In this document: positions 33,988 to 42,945 of the stretch, one piece after another
How the letters are laid out: each line of letters begins with the position of its first letter
Numbering within the stretch: position 1 is the first letter of the stretch
UHGV virus genome: UHGV-0468246
Length of the DNA: 64,000 nt
Origin: a virus
Direction: 5' to 3' (one strand)
Made by a program: the position numbers and the translations under genes
Notes under the pieces: generated by a model
The model's database searches: none
What the model saw: only the letters and a program-made list of their open reading frames with translations
What the model was told of the DNA's origin: nothing

Positions 33988-34784
33988 ATCGGTATCCCTC
34001 CTCCTCGTATCACGCCCTCGCGGCGGCAGAAGCCACGGCACGGGCAGCTCTTGAACTTCGACGTGTCGCACTCGCATTCGTAGGGAAGGAGGCTCGGGCT
34101 TCCCGCGTCAAGCGCGTCCTTGACCTGCTGCCAACGGCGCAGCGTAGGCCCCATGTCCATCTGCTCCACCACGAACTCCTTGAAGCTGTGGGGCCTGTCC
34201 TTGCTTATGTAGAGCAGGATGCCGTACGGCAGGCCGGTCAGCATGAGGTACATGCCGAGTTGGAGGCGGTGGGCAGCGTCGGGGGCGGACAGCGACTTGA
34301 ACAGGTCGGCGGTCTTGGTCTTGATCTCGATGGGCACCGGCTCCTCCACGTCGGGGAATTTCAGGATGCTGTCGATTGAACCGGCGACGCGCAGGGCCTC
34401 GTCCGTCACCTTGGCCTCGTTCTCCACGAGGTCGGGAAGCCCCTCTATGTCGGTCATGTTCTCGAACCAGTGCTGAATCATGCCGTGCAGCGCGTGCCCG
34501 ATCTTGAACGTCACCTGAAGCTCCGTGTCGATCTTCTCCACCATCTGGTCGGCGTACTTCGGGTTCTTCTCGAAGTACAGGCGGCGCATGCACATAAGGC
34601 ACTCGCTCGACGGGTGGAGGTTATCGTAGTCCTTCGGCTTGTACAGGTCGTCAACCGTGTAGCTGCCGGAGTTCGGCACGAGCGCCAAGTACCGCTCGAC
34701 GTACGGCACGAGGCGGGCGAACCCGTCGGATGCCTTCGGCGGCGCTGACAGCGCGAACAGCTTTGAGCCTTCCCTAATCCTCAT
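33963..34784 (-). CDS. PD-(D/E)xK exonuclease with a C-terminal Cys cluster (Cas4 / RecB-like; possible 4Fe-4S)
   Basis: PIEIKTKT matches an E.K nuclease motif. C-terminal CECDTSKFKSCPCRGFC is a cysteine cluster. Adjacent to RecA. Confidence 0.45.
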   Translation of the reverse strand: MRIREGSKLFALSAPPKASDGFARLVPYVERYLALVPNSGSYTVDDLYKPKDYDNLHPSSECLMCMRRLYFEKNPKYADQMVEKIDTELQVTFKIGHALHGMIQHWFENMTDIEGLPDLVENEAKVTDEALRVAGSIDSILKFPDVEEPVPIEIKTKTADLFKSLSAPDAAHRLQLGMYLMLTGLPYGILLYISKDRPHSFKEFVVEQMDMGPTLRRWQQVKDALDAGSPSLLPYECECDTSKFKSCPCRGFCRREGVIRGGGIPIWQPPTTM

Positions 34785-35256
34785 GCACGCCCACCAGCTT
34801 CAGCATTCGCCCCAGCTCCATCGCCAAGACCTCCTCGCTCCAAGCGCCGTCGGCCATCGAGGCGACGAGCGGCAGCGCGGTCTTCTCCGATATTCCCAGC
34901 GACATCCGCACGCCCTTCTCGCACACGGCGTAGCTGTCCCAGTTCGCCTCGTTCGCCTCCCACATCTCGCGGAAGTCGCGATGCCGCATGATTCCCACCT
35001 CGCGCCCGCTCGACAGCTTGACCGCGACCATGGGCACGCGCATCTCGTTCATGGCCCACTCCGAGACGCTGCGCCACATCTTCGACGAGAGCGTGTACCG
35101 CTGCGTCTCGGTGTACTTGCAGTCCACGAGGAGGCGGGAGGTCTTCACGTCGCCTTTGTACCCCGTGAGGCGGCCAGACGCTTTAACGAGGTCGCCGCCT
35201 ATGCGCCCGGCCATCTCCTCTTCCCAGAGCTGCCAGCCCGGTTTGCCGTAAGACAT
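34774..35256 (-). CDS. PD-(D/E)xK-like nuclease-fold protein (~160 aa, MSYGKPGWQ...)
   Basis: ATG at 35256, immediately after a G9 tract (plus C9 at 35260-35268) that follows the RecA stop. LLVDCKYTE matches a D...(D/E)xK-like motif. Confidence 0.4.
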   Translation of the reverse strand: MSYGKPGWQLWEEEMAGRIGGDLVKASGRLTGYKGDVKTSRLLVDCKYTETQRYTLSSKMWRSVSEWAMNEMRVPMVAVKLSSGREVGIMRHRDFREMWEANEANWDSYAVCEKGVRMSLGISEKTALPLVASMADGAWSEEVLAMELGRMLKLVGVHED

Positions 35257-35267
35257 TTGCCCCCCCC

Positions 35268-36431
35268 CTATTCCTTGAACTCGCCAGCGCCAGCGTCGGC
35301 GGTCTTCAGGTAGCTTTCCGATTCTCCGATGACGACGGCCATGGTGTCGTCGTGCACGGCCTTGGCGAACTCCGGGTTGTCGCGCAGAAGGCCAACCATC
35401 TTCGCCTTGCCCTGCGCCTTCACGAAGCCCTTCTCGCCCTCGGTGCCGTAGGACATCCACGAGCCGGACGTTTTCAGAACGCCGTAGGATACCGCCAAGT
35501 CCACGAGGCTGTCGGCGCTGTCAACGCCGAACGGATGGTCTGGCGTTTCGGTGTAGTAGAACATGTACCCGGCCTCGCGGTACGGCGTTGCCAGCTTGTT
35601 CTTCCGGTTGCGCGTGATGATGCGCGTGCCGATCTTGACGCGCTCGCCGTGGATGTCGGCCCACTTGATGTCGTCGGCCTTGCCGGATGCCCTGATCTCC
35701 GTGATGGTCTTGCACATGTGCTTCAGGCCCTCTCCGCCGGAGATGATGAGGCCTCCGTGGGGCGACTTCAGGTTGATGCGGGCTTGGCCTATGTAGATGA
35801 TGACGGGCAGCACAACGTCCGCACCGGCGCGCTTGGCGTTGCTTATGCGGGTAAGCTCCGCGTTCACGCGGTTCACCATGCGCGTGATGACCCCGGCGCT
35901 ACCGGCGACCTGCATGGCGTTAGCGTCGCCGCCGTCGCCCTTCTTGCCATCGACCTCAACGCCGCGCGCGACCGCGCCCAAGCTGTCAACCACGATCACG
36001 TCGAAGATGCCCTCGCGGATGATCGCGCAGAGGCTGTTGGCGGCGTTCTCAACGGTGTCGGGGGTCGAGACCCACACGCGGTTCTTGCGCGGGTTGTCGT
36101 AGTCGAACTCTATCCCGTCGAACTTCTCCAACCATTGCGGGGTTACGCTTCCCTCGATGTCCACGATACACGCAAGCGCCTTCGGGTCGAACGACAGGAG
36201 ACGGCCTATGGCGCAGTTGATGAGCGACGACTTGCCAGCCGAGTACTCGCCCATCACCATGTGCTGGTGCCCTCGCATCCACCCTCCGCCCAGCGCCGCA
36301 TCGAGCGTGTCCGCGCCGGTCGATATTACGCCGACCGAGTAGTCTATCTGCTGGGTCGGCACGAAGAACGAGCCGGGAGCCTCGTTCTTCAGAAGGTTGT
36401 CCAAACCTTTCTCCCTGTTCAGTCCCATCAC
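35268..36431 (-). CDS. recA: RecA-family recombinase
   Basis: ISTGADTLDAALGGG, Walker A GEYSAGKSSL and IVVDSLGA align with the RecA core. Confidence 0.85.
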   Translation of the reverse strand: MMGLNREKGLDNLLKNEAPGSFFVPTQQIDYSVGVISTGADTLDAALGGGWMRGHQHMVMGEYSAGKSSLINCAIGRLLSFDPKALACIVDIEGSVTPQWLEKFDGIEFDYDNPRKNRVWVSTPDTVENAANSLCAIIREGIFDVIVVDSLGAVARGVEVDGKKGDGGDANAMQVAGSAGVITRMVNRVNAELTRISNAKRAGADVVLPVIIYIGQARINLKSPHGGLIISGGEGLKHMCKTITEIRASGKADDIKWADIHGERVKIGTRIITRNRKNKLATPYREAGYMFYYTETPDHPFGVDSADSLVDLAVSYGVLKTSGSWMSYGTEGEKGFVKAQGKAKMVGLLRDNPEFAKAVHDDTMAVVIGESESYLKTADAGAGEFKE

Positions 36432-39400
36432 ATTGCCTCTCTTTCTCTTTGCGGGACAACCGGCATGAAGTGCTCTAGCACGTAGTTGTCCTCGTCGTTT
36501 CTAAGCTGCTTCTTCACCTGCATCAGGAAGTAGCAGTCCTGATCGCCGCGTATGTGGCGCTCGATCATCTCCCACATGTCCGTGAAGCACGTCACGTCGA
36601 TCTGCGTGCCGTCCATGTCGCATTTGAGGAACGCCATCGGCCTGCCCTTCTTGGTGACGATTCGCTTCACGTCCTCCAACAGCACGAGCACGTTTGCGCA
36701 CGCCTCGTACGCAACGTCGTCAAGCTCGTCGGCGGAGCAGATCGAGGCCGCGTAAGGCTCGACGGCCCGCAGAACGTCCTCGTACGGGTCGAAGGTCAAG
36801 GGCATGCCTATGGCGCTCTTCTCCATCTCTATGATCTCGTCCTTGGTGAAGTCCGGCTGCTCCTGCGTGAACCGCACGGTCGAAGCGTCGCCGAACAGGT
36901 TGGCGCTCATGTCGTTGTTCTCGAACCTGTGCAGCAGGTCTTTCGCGTTGGGATGCCACTCGCGGAAGAACCTGTTCTTGACGAGGATGCGGACGACACC
37001 GTTGTTCGCGCCGCTGCGCGACTTGAAGTCCTCGAAGTCGGCGTAGGGCGCTCCCGCGAAGATGCTGCGCACGGCCTTCTCCCCTATGCCCTTCAGCGAG
37101 CCGATGCCGATGGCGATGGTGCGGTCGTCGAGGATGGCCCAGTCGTCCGATATGTTCGTCACCGACGGCATCGTGATCTGGAAGCCCTTCTTGCGGGCCT
37201 CGCGCATGTACTTCGGAAGCGCCTTCGGGTCAACCGTCTGGAAGCAGGCGCAGTAGAACTCGACGGGGTACATGAACTTCATCCACGCCGTCCAGAAGGT
37301 GATCTTCGCGTAGCTGTAGCTGTGGGCCTTGTTGAAGGAGTAGAGGCCCGATGCCTTGATCTGGTTGAAGATCACGGTCGCGTCCTCCGCCGATATGCCG
37401 CTGTGCCGCACGCACCCCTCAACGAACTTCGGCTCCTCCGCCTCCATCTCGCGCAGCTTCTTCTTGCCGATGATCGAGCGCATGTGGTCTGCCTCCAAAG
37501 GCGTGTAGCCCGCCACCTGCTGGCATATCGCCATGGACTGCTCTTGGTAGACGATGACCCCGTACGTGTCCTTCAGGATAGGCTCTAGCTGCGGCACGAC
37601 GTACGACACCTGCTCCCGCCCCAGCTTGCGGTTGATGAACACCTGCAACATCCCCGCGAGGATAACGCCGGGGCGGTAAAGCGCCACGATTGTTGACAAG
37701 TCCATGACGGAGCGCGGGGCGAGCTGCTGCGCGCAGGCCGTGATGTCCTTGCCGCCCATCTGGAAGATGCCCAGCGTGTCGCCCTCGTCGAACAGCCTCC
37801 ACACCCCTTCGGGGGCCTGTGCGTCTTCGAGGGCGCGGAAGTCGATGCGCACGCCGTGGCGCTGCTCGACCATCGTCCGCGCGTTCGCGAGGGTGGACAG
37901 GTTGCGAAGCCCCAGAAGGTCGGCCTTCAGGAAGCCCAGCGCCTCGATTGCCACCTTGTCGAACTGCGCCACGATGTCGCCCGTCTTCAGGGACAGGCGC
38001 GTGGGCATCGCGCTCGAAAGCGGTATGGGGGAGACGACGTAGCCAGCCGCGTGCTGCCCCCACTGGCGCGGCACGCCGATGAGGCGCGAGACGTACTTGA
38101 AGACGTTGGGGAAGCGCTGCATCATCGTGTCCAGCTCGCGGCGCTCCTTGTCGGACAGTATGTCGAGATGGTCGAGCCATTCCTTCGGGTTCTTCAGGGC
38201 CTTGTCGAACCGTTCCAAGGTCGCCTTGCAGCGCAGGGCCTCTTGGTGCGGGAGGCGGTAGTAGCGCGCCAAGTCCTCGAAGGCGTTCTTTATGCCGAAC
38301 GTCCCGACGGTGCCCACCGCGCACACGTGGTCTTTGCCGTACTTCTCGTTCAGGTAATCGACGACGCTGTGGCGACCGGCCACGTCGAAGTCGAGGTCGA
38401 TGTCGGGAAGGCTGTCCAGCCGCCCTTCGTTGAGGAAGCGCGAGAAGATCAGGCCGCGCCCCATCGGGTCAACTTCGGTAATGCCGGTTGCCCAGCAGAG
38501 TATGGAGGCGGCGCACGACCCGCGCCCCGGCCCGACCTCCACGCCGTGCTCCTTCGCCCAGCGCGTGTAGTCCGAGACGATCAGGAAGTAGTCCGCCAGA
38601 CCGTTGTCAACGATGATCGGGAACTCGTTCTCCGCCACGTCCTTCAGGTACGGCACGAGCCGCGCCTTGTCGCCGCCCCTGTACTTGATCTTGTGGGGGT
38701 CGTCGTCGGGCAGCACCTCGCACCCACCGGCCTTCTCGAACAGCCCCTTCGCCGTGAGGTACTTCAGGTACTCCCCGCTGTCGTCCCATCCCTCCGGCAG
38801 GGGGAACTTCGGAACCTTGTGGGAGCGGTCGAGGTCGTATTCCTCGATCATCGAGAGAAGGTGGTCTACGCCGTCGAAGCAGCGCTCCAAGTCCTCGTCG
38901 CCGATGTAGGCGAGGCGCTGGCGCACCTCGGCCTCGTCCATCATGTAGTAGTCCTGCTTCATGTGCATGTGCGTCTCGTCGTAGTGCTTGCCCATGTTGC
39001 AGCCGAGCATGACGTTCTGCAAGTCGCAGTCCTGCGGGGTGACGTAATGGCTGTCGATTGCGTAGATCGTGCGGATGCCGTGCCGCTTCGCGAAGTCGAG
39101 CAGCCACATGTTGACGCTGCGCTGCTCCGGCTCGCTGTTCGTGTGAATCTCGATGAAGAACTCGTCGAAGATGGCCCGGAACCGCTCGGTGAACTCCAAC
39201 GCCATCTTCTCGTCGTCGGCCTTCGCGGCCCTCGACAGGGCACCGGCGAGGCATGCGGAGCCGCATATAACGCCCTCGCGGCGCTCTCCCAAGTCCTCCC
39301 ACAGCGCGTTGGTGTACGCGTCCTTCCCTTCCTCGTGCAGCCAAGCCTTCGACGAGATGTCCCAGAGGTTGTGAAGCCCCTCCAAGTTGCGCGCCCAAAG

Positions 39401-39661
39401 GGTCAGGTGGAAGCCCTTCTTGTTCGTGTTGTGGTACACGCCGTCCTTCAGGTACAGCTCGCTTCCGAGTATGGGCACGATGCCGTTGCGCTTCGCCGCC
39501 TCGAACATGGCGTAATGGCCCACGCAATGGCCGTGGTCGGTTATCGCCTGATAACGGCTCCCGACCTCGACCGCGCGCCTGCACATGTCCTCCGGGTCGG
39601 CGAGGCCGTCTAGGAAGCTGTAGTAGCTGTGCGCGTGAAGGTTCGCGAACTGATGAGGCAT
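36428..39661 (-). CDS. dnaE: DNA polymerase III alpha subunit-like replicative polymerase (PHP domain plus polymerase core, 1077 aa)
   Basis: PHP motif HAHSYYSFLDG...ITDHG. Size and architecture match DnaE. A G9 tract (plus C9 at 39668-39676) acts as a Shine-Dalgarno-like element 6 nt before the ATG. Confidence 0.85.
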   Translation of the reverse strand: MPHQFANLHAHSYYSFLDGLADPEDMCRRAVEVGSRYQAITDHGHCVGHYAMFEAAKRNGIVPILGSELYLKDGVYHNTNKKGFHLTLWARNLEGLHNLWDISSKAWLHEEGKDAYTNALWEDLGERREGVICGSACLAGALSRAAKADDEKMALEFTERFRAIFDEFFIEIHTNSEPEQRSVNMWLLDFAKRHGIRTIYAIDSHYVTPQDCDLQNVMLGCNMGKHYDETHMHMKQDYYMMDEAEVRQRLAYIGDEDLERCFDGVDHLLSMIEEYDLDRSHKVPKFPLPEGWDDSGEYLKYLTAKGLFEKAGGCEVLPDDDPHKIKYRGGDKARLVPYLKDVAENEFPIIVDNGLADYFLIVSDYTRWAKEHGVEVGPGRGSCAASILCWATGITEVDPMGRGLIFSRFLNEGRLDSLPDIDLDFDVAGRHSVVDYLNEKYGKDHVCAVGTVGTFGIKNAFEDLARYYRLPHQEALRCKATLERFDKALKNPKEWLDHLDILSDKERRELDTMMQRFPNVFKYVSRLIGVPRQWGQHAAGYVVSPIPLSSAMPTRLSLKTGDIVAQFDKVAIEALGFLKADLLGLRNLSTLANARTMVEQRHGVRIDFRALEDAQAPEGVWRLFDEGDTLGIFQMGGKDITACAQQLAPRSVMDLSTIVALYRPGVILAGMLQVFINRKLGREQVSYVVPQLEPILKDTYGVIVYQEQSMAICQQVAGYTPLEADHMRSIIGKKKLREMEAEEPKFVEGCVRHSGISAEDATVIFNQIKASGLYSFNKAHSYSYAKITFWTAWMKFMYPVEFYCACFQTVDPKALPKYMREARKKGFQITMPSVTNISDDWAILDDRTIAIGIGSLKGIGEKAVRSIFAGAPYADFEDFKSRSGANNGVVRILVKNRFFREWHPNAKDLLHRFENNDMSANLFGDASTVRFTQEQPDFTKDEIIEMEKSAIGMPLTFDPYEDVLRAVEPYAASICSADELDDVAYEACANVLVLLEDVKRIVTKKGRPMAFLKCDMDGTQIDVTCFTDMWEMIERHIRGDQDCYFLMQVKKQLRNDEDNYVLEHFMPVVPQREREAM

Positions 39662-39688
39662 TCCGTGCCCCCCCCCTATCCATGTCTC

Positions 39689-39704
39689 TCGATTAAATAA
39701 TCGG
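39689..39704 (-). promoter_or_regulatory. 16-bp palindrome copy 8 upstream of the G9 tract and the dnaE start
   Basis: Read on the minus strand: CCGATTATTTAATCGAGAGACATGGATAGGGGGGGGGCACGGAATG. Confidence 0.55.
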
Positions 39705-39739
39705 GAGGGACTTCGCAGCCCCTCCCTAGAACGCGTCTG

Positions 39740-41092
39740 CTAAAAAGGGATATCCTCGTCGTAGACGGAAGCGCCGACGCTACCGGCAGCGTCAGTCCAC
39801 GGCACCGTAGCAGCCGGTTGCTGCGGCGCGGCCTGCGCGGGCTGCGGCGCGGGCTGGACTGGCTGCGGCTGCATGGGCTGCGAGCCGACCGGCTGCGGCA
39901 TGTACGCGCTTTGCACGGGTGCCGCTGCGGGCTGCTGTGGAGCCGTCTGCGGGGCGTACTGCTGCTGGGAGGGCATCGGTGCGGGCTGGGACGCAACCGG
40001 AGCCGCAGGGGCGCTCTGAACGCCTTGCGGGGCCATCGGGGGCTGCATGGGCACGGAAGCCGGAGCCTGCGCGAACTGCTGCGGCGCGGCCTGCGCGGGC
40101 TGCGAGAACTGCTGCGTCGGAGCGGCGTACCCCGGCTGCACGGGCGCTCCGTAGGCGGCTGCGGGCTGGGCGGCTGCTGCGAGCGTGCTCTGGGCGGCAC
40201 CGGCGAGCGTCGAGGGCGCATAGCCCGGAACCGCACCGTCTTCCGGCGTGAAGCCGGGGACGTAGATTCCCTTGCTCGTGTAGTACTGCGGCGTGCCCTT
40301 GAAGGAAACGTGCTCCGCGAGGGTGCGCGTCATGTACGGACGGTAGCGCTCGATGTCCACCACTTCGGCGGGGCGCTGAATCTTGGTCACGACGTAGGTG
40401 CGCATGTCGCTGCGGTACACCTCGTAGTCGTAGTACGTGATCGGGTCGCAGAAGTCGTCGTCCTTGCTGGTGAGCTGCGCCCAGAAGTTGGAGTACGCCT
40501 GATCGACGATCACGACGTTCGGCACCATCGCGCCGTTGCGCTCCACCATCTCGTCCTCGATGCTCACGATCTGCTCGACCGGCATGCCGCGCCCGTCGGT
40601 TCCGCGCTCGCGGTTCACCTTGCGGATGACGGCGTAGGCGCACATGCGGTCTTGCGGGACGTTGGCCCCCATGTACTTCGTGCCGTCGCGCTTCGTCTTC
40701 TCGACCTGCGTCTGGCACAGGGGGCACGCGTAGGGCTGGTTGTTGTCGATGTCGTCGAGGCACAGGACGTAGCCCCCGTTCGGGATGTAATGGAAGCCGC
40801 CGCCGCGCACGCCCTCCTTCACCGTGATAACGTCGGTGTCCGCGAAGGGGCGCTGGCAGATGGGGCACACGGGGTTCTGCCCCGTCTGCTCCTTCGTGCG
40901 GTTCCACATGTCCTGCGGAATCTCGATGTTGCACGAGCATCCGACCGACGCGTGGTTGACCACCACGTTGTCCACCATCGGGGACAGGAAGCGCAGCACC
41001 GCGCTCGAACCTATGTCCAGCTTGAAATAGCCGTAGCCCGAAGAACCCTTGTTCTCCGCGTTCTGCGCAAGGCGCTCTACCAATGAACTCAT
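39740..41092 (-). CDS. Atypical single-stranded DNA-binding protein: Cys-rich zinc-ribbon N-domain, long Pro/Gln/Ala-rich linker, C-terminal DEDIPF tail
   Basis: The C-terminal ...SVYDEDIPF matches the SSB acidic tip (DDDIPF). The ~170-aa low-complexity PQA-rich linker is SSB-like. The N-domain carries CPICQ and CPLCQ motifs rather than an obvious canonical OB signature. Confidence 0.55.
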   Translation of the reverse strand: MSSLVERLAQNAENKGSSGYGYFKLDIGSSAVLRFLSPMVDNVVVNHASVGCSCNIEIPQDMWNRTKEQTGQNPVCPICQRPFADTDVITVKEGVRGGGFHYIPNGGYVLCLDDIDNNQPYACPLCQTQVEKTKRDGTKYMGANVPQDRMCAYAVIRKVNRERGTDGRGMPVEQIVSIEDEMVERNGAMVPNVVIVDQAYSNFWAQLTSKDDDFCDPITYYDYEVYRSDMRTYVVTKIQRPAEVVDIERYRPYMTRTLAEHVSFKGTPQYYTSKGIYVPGFTPEDGAVPGYAPSTLAGAAQSTLAAAAQPAAAYGAPVQPGYAAPTQQFSQPAQAAPQQFAQAPASVPMQPPMAPQGVQSAPAAPVASQPAPMPSQQQYAPQTAPQQPAAAPVQSAYMPQPVGSQPMQPQPVQPAPQPAQAAPQQPAATVPWTDAAGSVGASVYDEDIPF

Positions 41093-41808
41093 ATCGTTCC
41101 TCTTTCTCGTTGTTGTTTCTCGAACAATGCCATCAGGACGTGCGCCATGTACTTTTGGGCTTTTCGACCACTTTCGATCATGAAGATTCTTTCGGTCTCT
41201 ATCGCATATTGACGTTCGACGCGCTTCCTGATGCCCACCTCTACCTGCATTCGTATCCTGCGCACCTGCGCAGCTTCAAGAACGTACTGTGCCCAAGCAT
41301 CGACCTCCGTCTCGTCCTCGTCGGACATCACCATGTCCGGCTCCTTGTAATATGCCGTCCTCGCGCCGCGAGGCGGCGCGACAGGCCCTATCTCGACCCG
41401 CTCCGGCACCAGCGCCACTTCCACGCTGAACGCCGTCGCAGGCGGTCTCGCATCGTACTCCGCCCTAGCCGACGGGTCGGTGAGCGTCCGGTAGGCCCTG
41501 TACACCTCCACGAACTCGTCTTCCGAGCCTCCGTGGTCGGGGTGGGCCTCCATGAGGCGCTTCTTCGCCGCCTCCTTCAGCTCGGCATCGTCGGCATCGG
41601 GCGGCACGCCTATGAGGCGGTAGTAGCCCTCCGAATCGTGGCGCGCCCTCGGCACGTGCACCATCTCGGTGCCCGACCAGAAGAACGCGTCGCCGCCCGT
41701 CGCCGAGAGAACCAGCCCCCTAGGGACGGTCTTCGCCCTCTGGGGCTGCTTCGGGCGCGGCGCTTTCGTCAAGATCGACGACCTGTTCGGAACCCTCACC
41801 CTCACCAT
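41089..41808 (-). CDS. J-domain (DnaJ-like) protein
   Basis: YYRLIGVPPDADDAELKEAAKKRLMEAHPDHGG...YRAYRTLTDPSARAEYD, with an HPD motif. Confidence 0.75.
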   Translation of the reverse strand: MVRVRVPNRSSILTKAPRPKQPQRAKTVPRGLVLSATGGDAFFWSGTEMVHVPRARHDSEGYYRLIGVPPDADDAELKEAAKKRLMEAHPDHGGSEDEFVEVYRAYRTLTDPSARAEYDARPPATAFSVEVALVPERVEIGPVAPPRGARTAYYKEPDMVMSDEDETEVDAWAQYVLEAAQVRRIRMQVEVGIRKRVERQYAIETERIFMIESGRKAQKYMAHVLMALFEKQQRERGTI

Positions 41809-41911
41809 CGGCTCCCGCCTTCCGCTCCTCCTCGGCGACCTTCACCGCCGACGGCTTCTCCGCACTGTACTTCCTGAACGCCATTTCCGTCTCCTTTCGT
41901 CGGGGCGGCAA
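41720..41911 (-). CDS. Small acidic protein (63 aa). Overlaps the J-domain gene in another frame; doubtful.
   Basis: ORF with an upstream AGGAGA. Overlaps 41089..41808. Confidence 0.2.
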   Translation of the reverse strand: MPPRRKETEMAFRKYSAEKPSAVKVAEEERKAGADGEGEGSEQVVDLDESAAPEAAPEGEDRP

Positions 41912-41923
41912 TCATACCATGGC

Positions 41924-41957
41924 TGTAAGCCAAAAGTTAAAACAAAAAGTTAAGAAT
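41924..41957 (+). repeat. AT-rich motif copy, plus orientation
   Basis: GTAAGCCAAAAGTTAAAACAAAAAGTTAAGAATACG. Confidence 0.45.
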
Positions 41958-42858
41958 ACGCCCATGACGGCACGACTTCCCTTCCGTACACCGCCTCCCA
42001 GCATTCGCGCTTCGTCATCGCCGCCGGGTCGTCCCGCGTCGGAAGGACGGAGAAGACCTTGCAGAACGGCTCCAACATGCGCATGGCACGCAGCGTACCG
42101 GCGTGGCCCGCCTCGTCCGGGTCGTAGAAGACCAGCACGCTGTCGAACTTCTGGCGTATCAGGCGGGCCTGACCGTCGGACAGCTGGCACCCGAACGATG
42201 CCACCGGGTTGGGGAAACCGTACTGATCGAGCATGATTGCCGAAAGCGGTGCCTCCACCAAGATGCAGCTGTCGCCCTGCGAAGCGTTGTCGTATCCGAA
42301 CAGGATGATCTCGCGAGCCATGTCCTTGCTGTGGAGCCACTTCGGGAACACGTCGTTCGTGAGGGCGCGGGCCGTCCACGCGACCAGCTTGCCGCCGAAG
42401 AAGACGGGCACGACGGCCCTGTTCATCGAAGGGTCGTAGCCGAGCCTCCACTTCGCCACCGTCTGGTCGTTGAAGCCGCGCTCGCGCCAGTACGGGCAAT
42501 CGTGCCTAGTCCACTCCTCAACGTCGCGCTCCAACGGCGTGAGCGTCACGGACTTGTATGAGCTTCCCGCCATGAGCTGCTGAATCTCCGAGAACGACAG
42601 GTCGCCGTACAGGAGCCGGAGCGCCTGCGAGCGCGAGCATGAACGCTGCCTCATCACCAAGCCCGCAGCGTCCCCGCTGAAGCCGCAGCTGAAGCAGTGG
42701 TGGCGCAGCGTGTTCAGGTTGATCGACCACGACGGCTTCTTGTCGCCGTGCCGATGGTTCTCCGGGCACGGGCACGATGCCCACAGCTCGTCCCCGCTGA
42801 TATATGAGTTCTTCAGCTCCAAAAGGTCTATCAGCTTAGACGAATGAACCGGTCGCAC
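41950..42858 (-). CDS. dnaG: DNA primase (DnaG-like: CHC2 zinc finger plus Toprim)
   Basis: CPCPENHRHGDKKPSWS...HCFSCGFSGD is a CHC2 zinc finger. LVEAPLSAIML...VLVFYDPDEAGH is a Toprim domain. Likely GTG start at 42858 behind AAGAGGAGG; the track ORF starts at the ATG at 42882. Confidence 0.8.
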   Translation of the reverse strand: MRPVHSSKLIDLLELKNSYISGDELWASCPCPENHRHGDKKPSWSINLNTLRHHCFSCGFSGDAAGLVMRQRSCSRSQALRLLYGDLSFSEIQQLMAGSSYKSVTLTPLERDVEEWTRHDCPYWRERGFNDQTVAKWRLGYDPSMNRAVVPVFFGGKLVAWTARALTNDVFPKWLHSKDMAREIILFGYDNASQGDSCILVEAPLSAIMLDQYGFPNPVASFGCQLSDGQARLIRQKFDSVLVFYDPDEAGHAGTLRAMRMLEPFCKVFSVLPTRDDPAAMTKRECWEAVYGREVVPSWAYS

Positions 42859-42884
42859 ATCGCACCTCCTCTTATGCCGCATCG

Positions 42885-42900
42885 TCGATTATTTTATCGG
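42885..42900 (-). promoter_or_regulatory. 16-bp palindrome copy 9 (TCGATTATTTTATCGG) upstream of the primase
   Basis: Read on the minus strand: CCGATAAAATAATCGACGATGCGGCATAAGAGGAGG. Confidence 0.55.
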
Positions 42901-42902
42901 AT

Positions 42903-42945
42903 GTTAAAGAAAAAGTAAAGCAAGAATTAAGACAATAATGAAGAT
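42903..42945 (+). repeat. AT-rich motif copy, plus orientation
   Basis: GTTAAAGAAAAAGTAAAGCAAGAATTAAGACAATAATGAAG. Confidence 0.5.
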
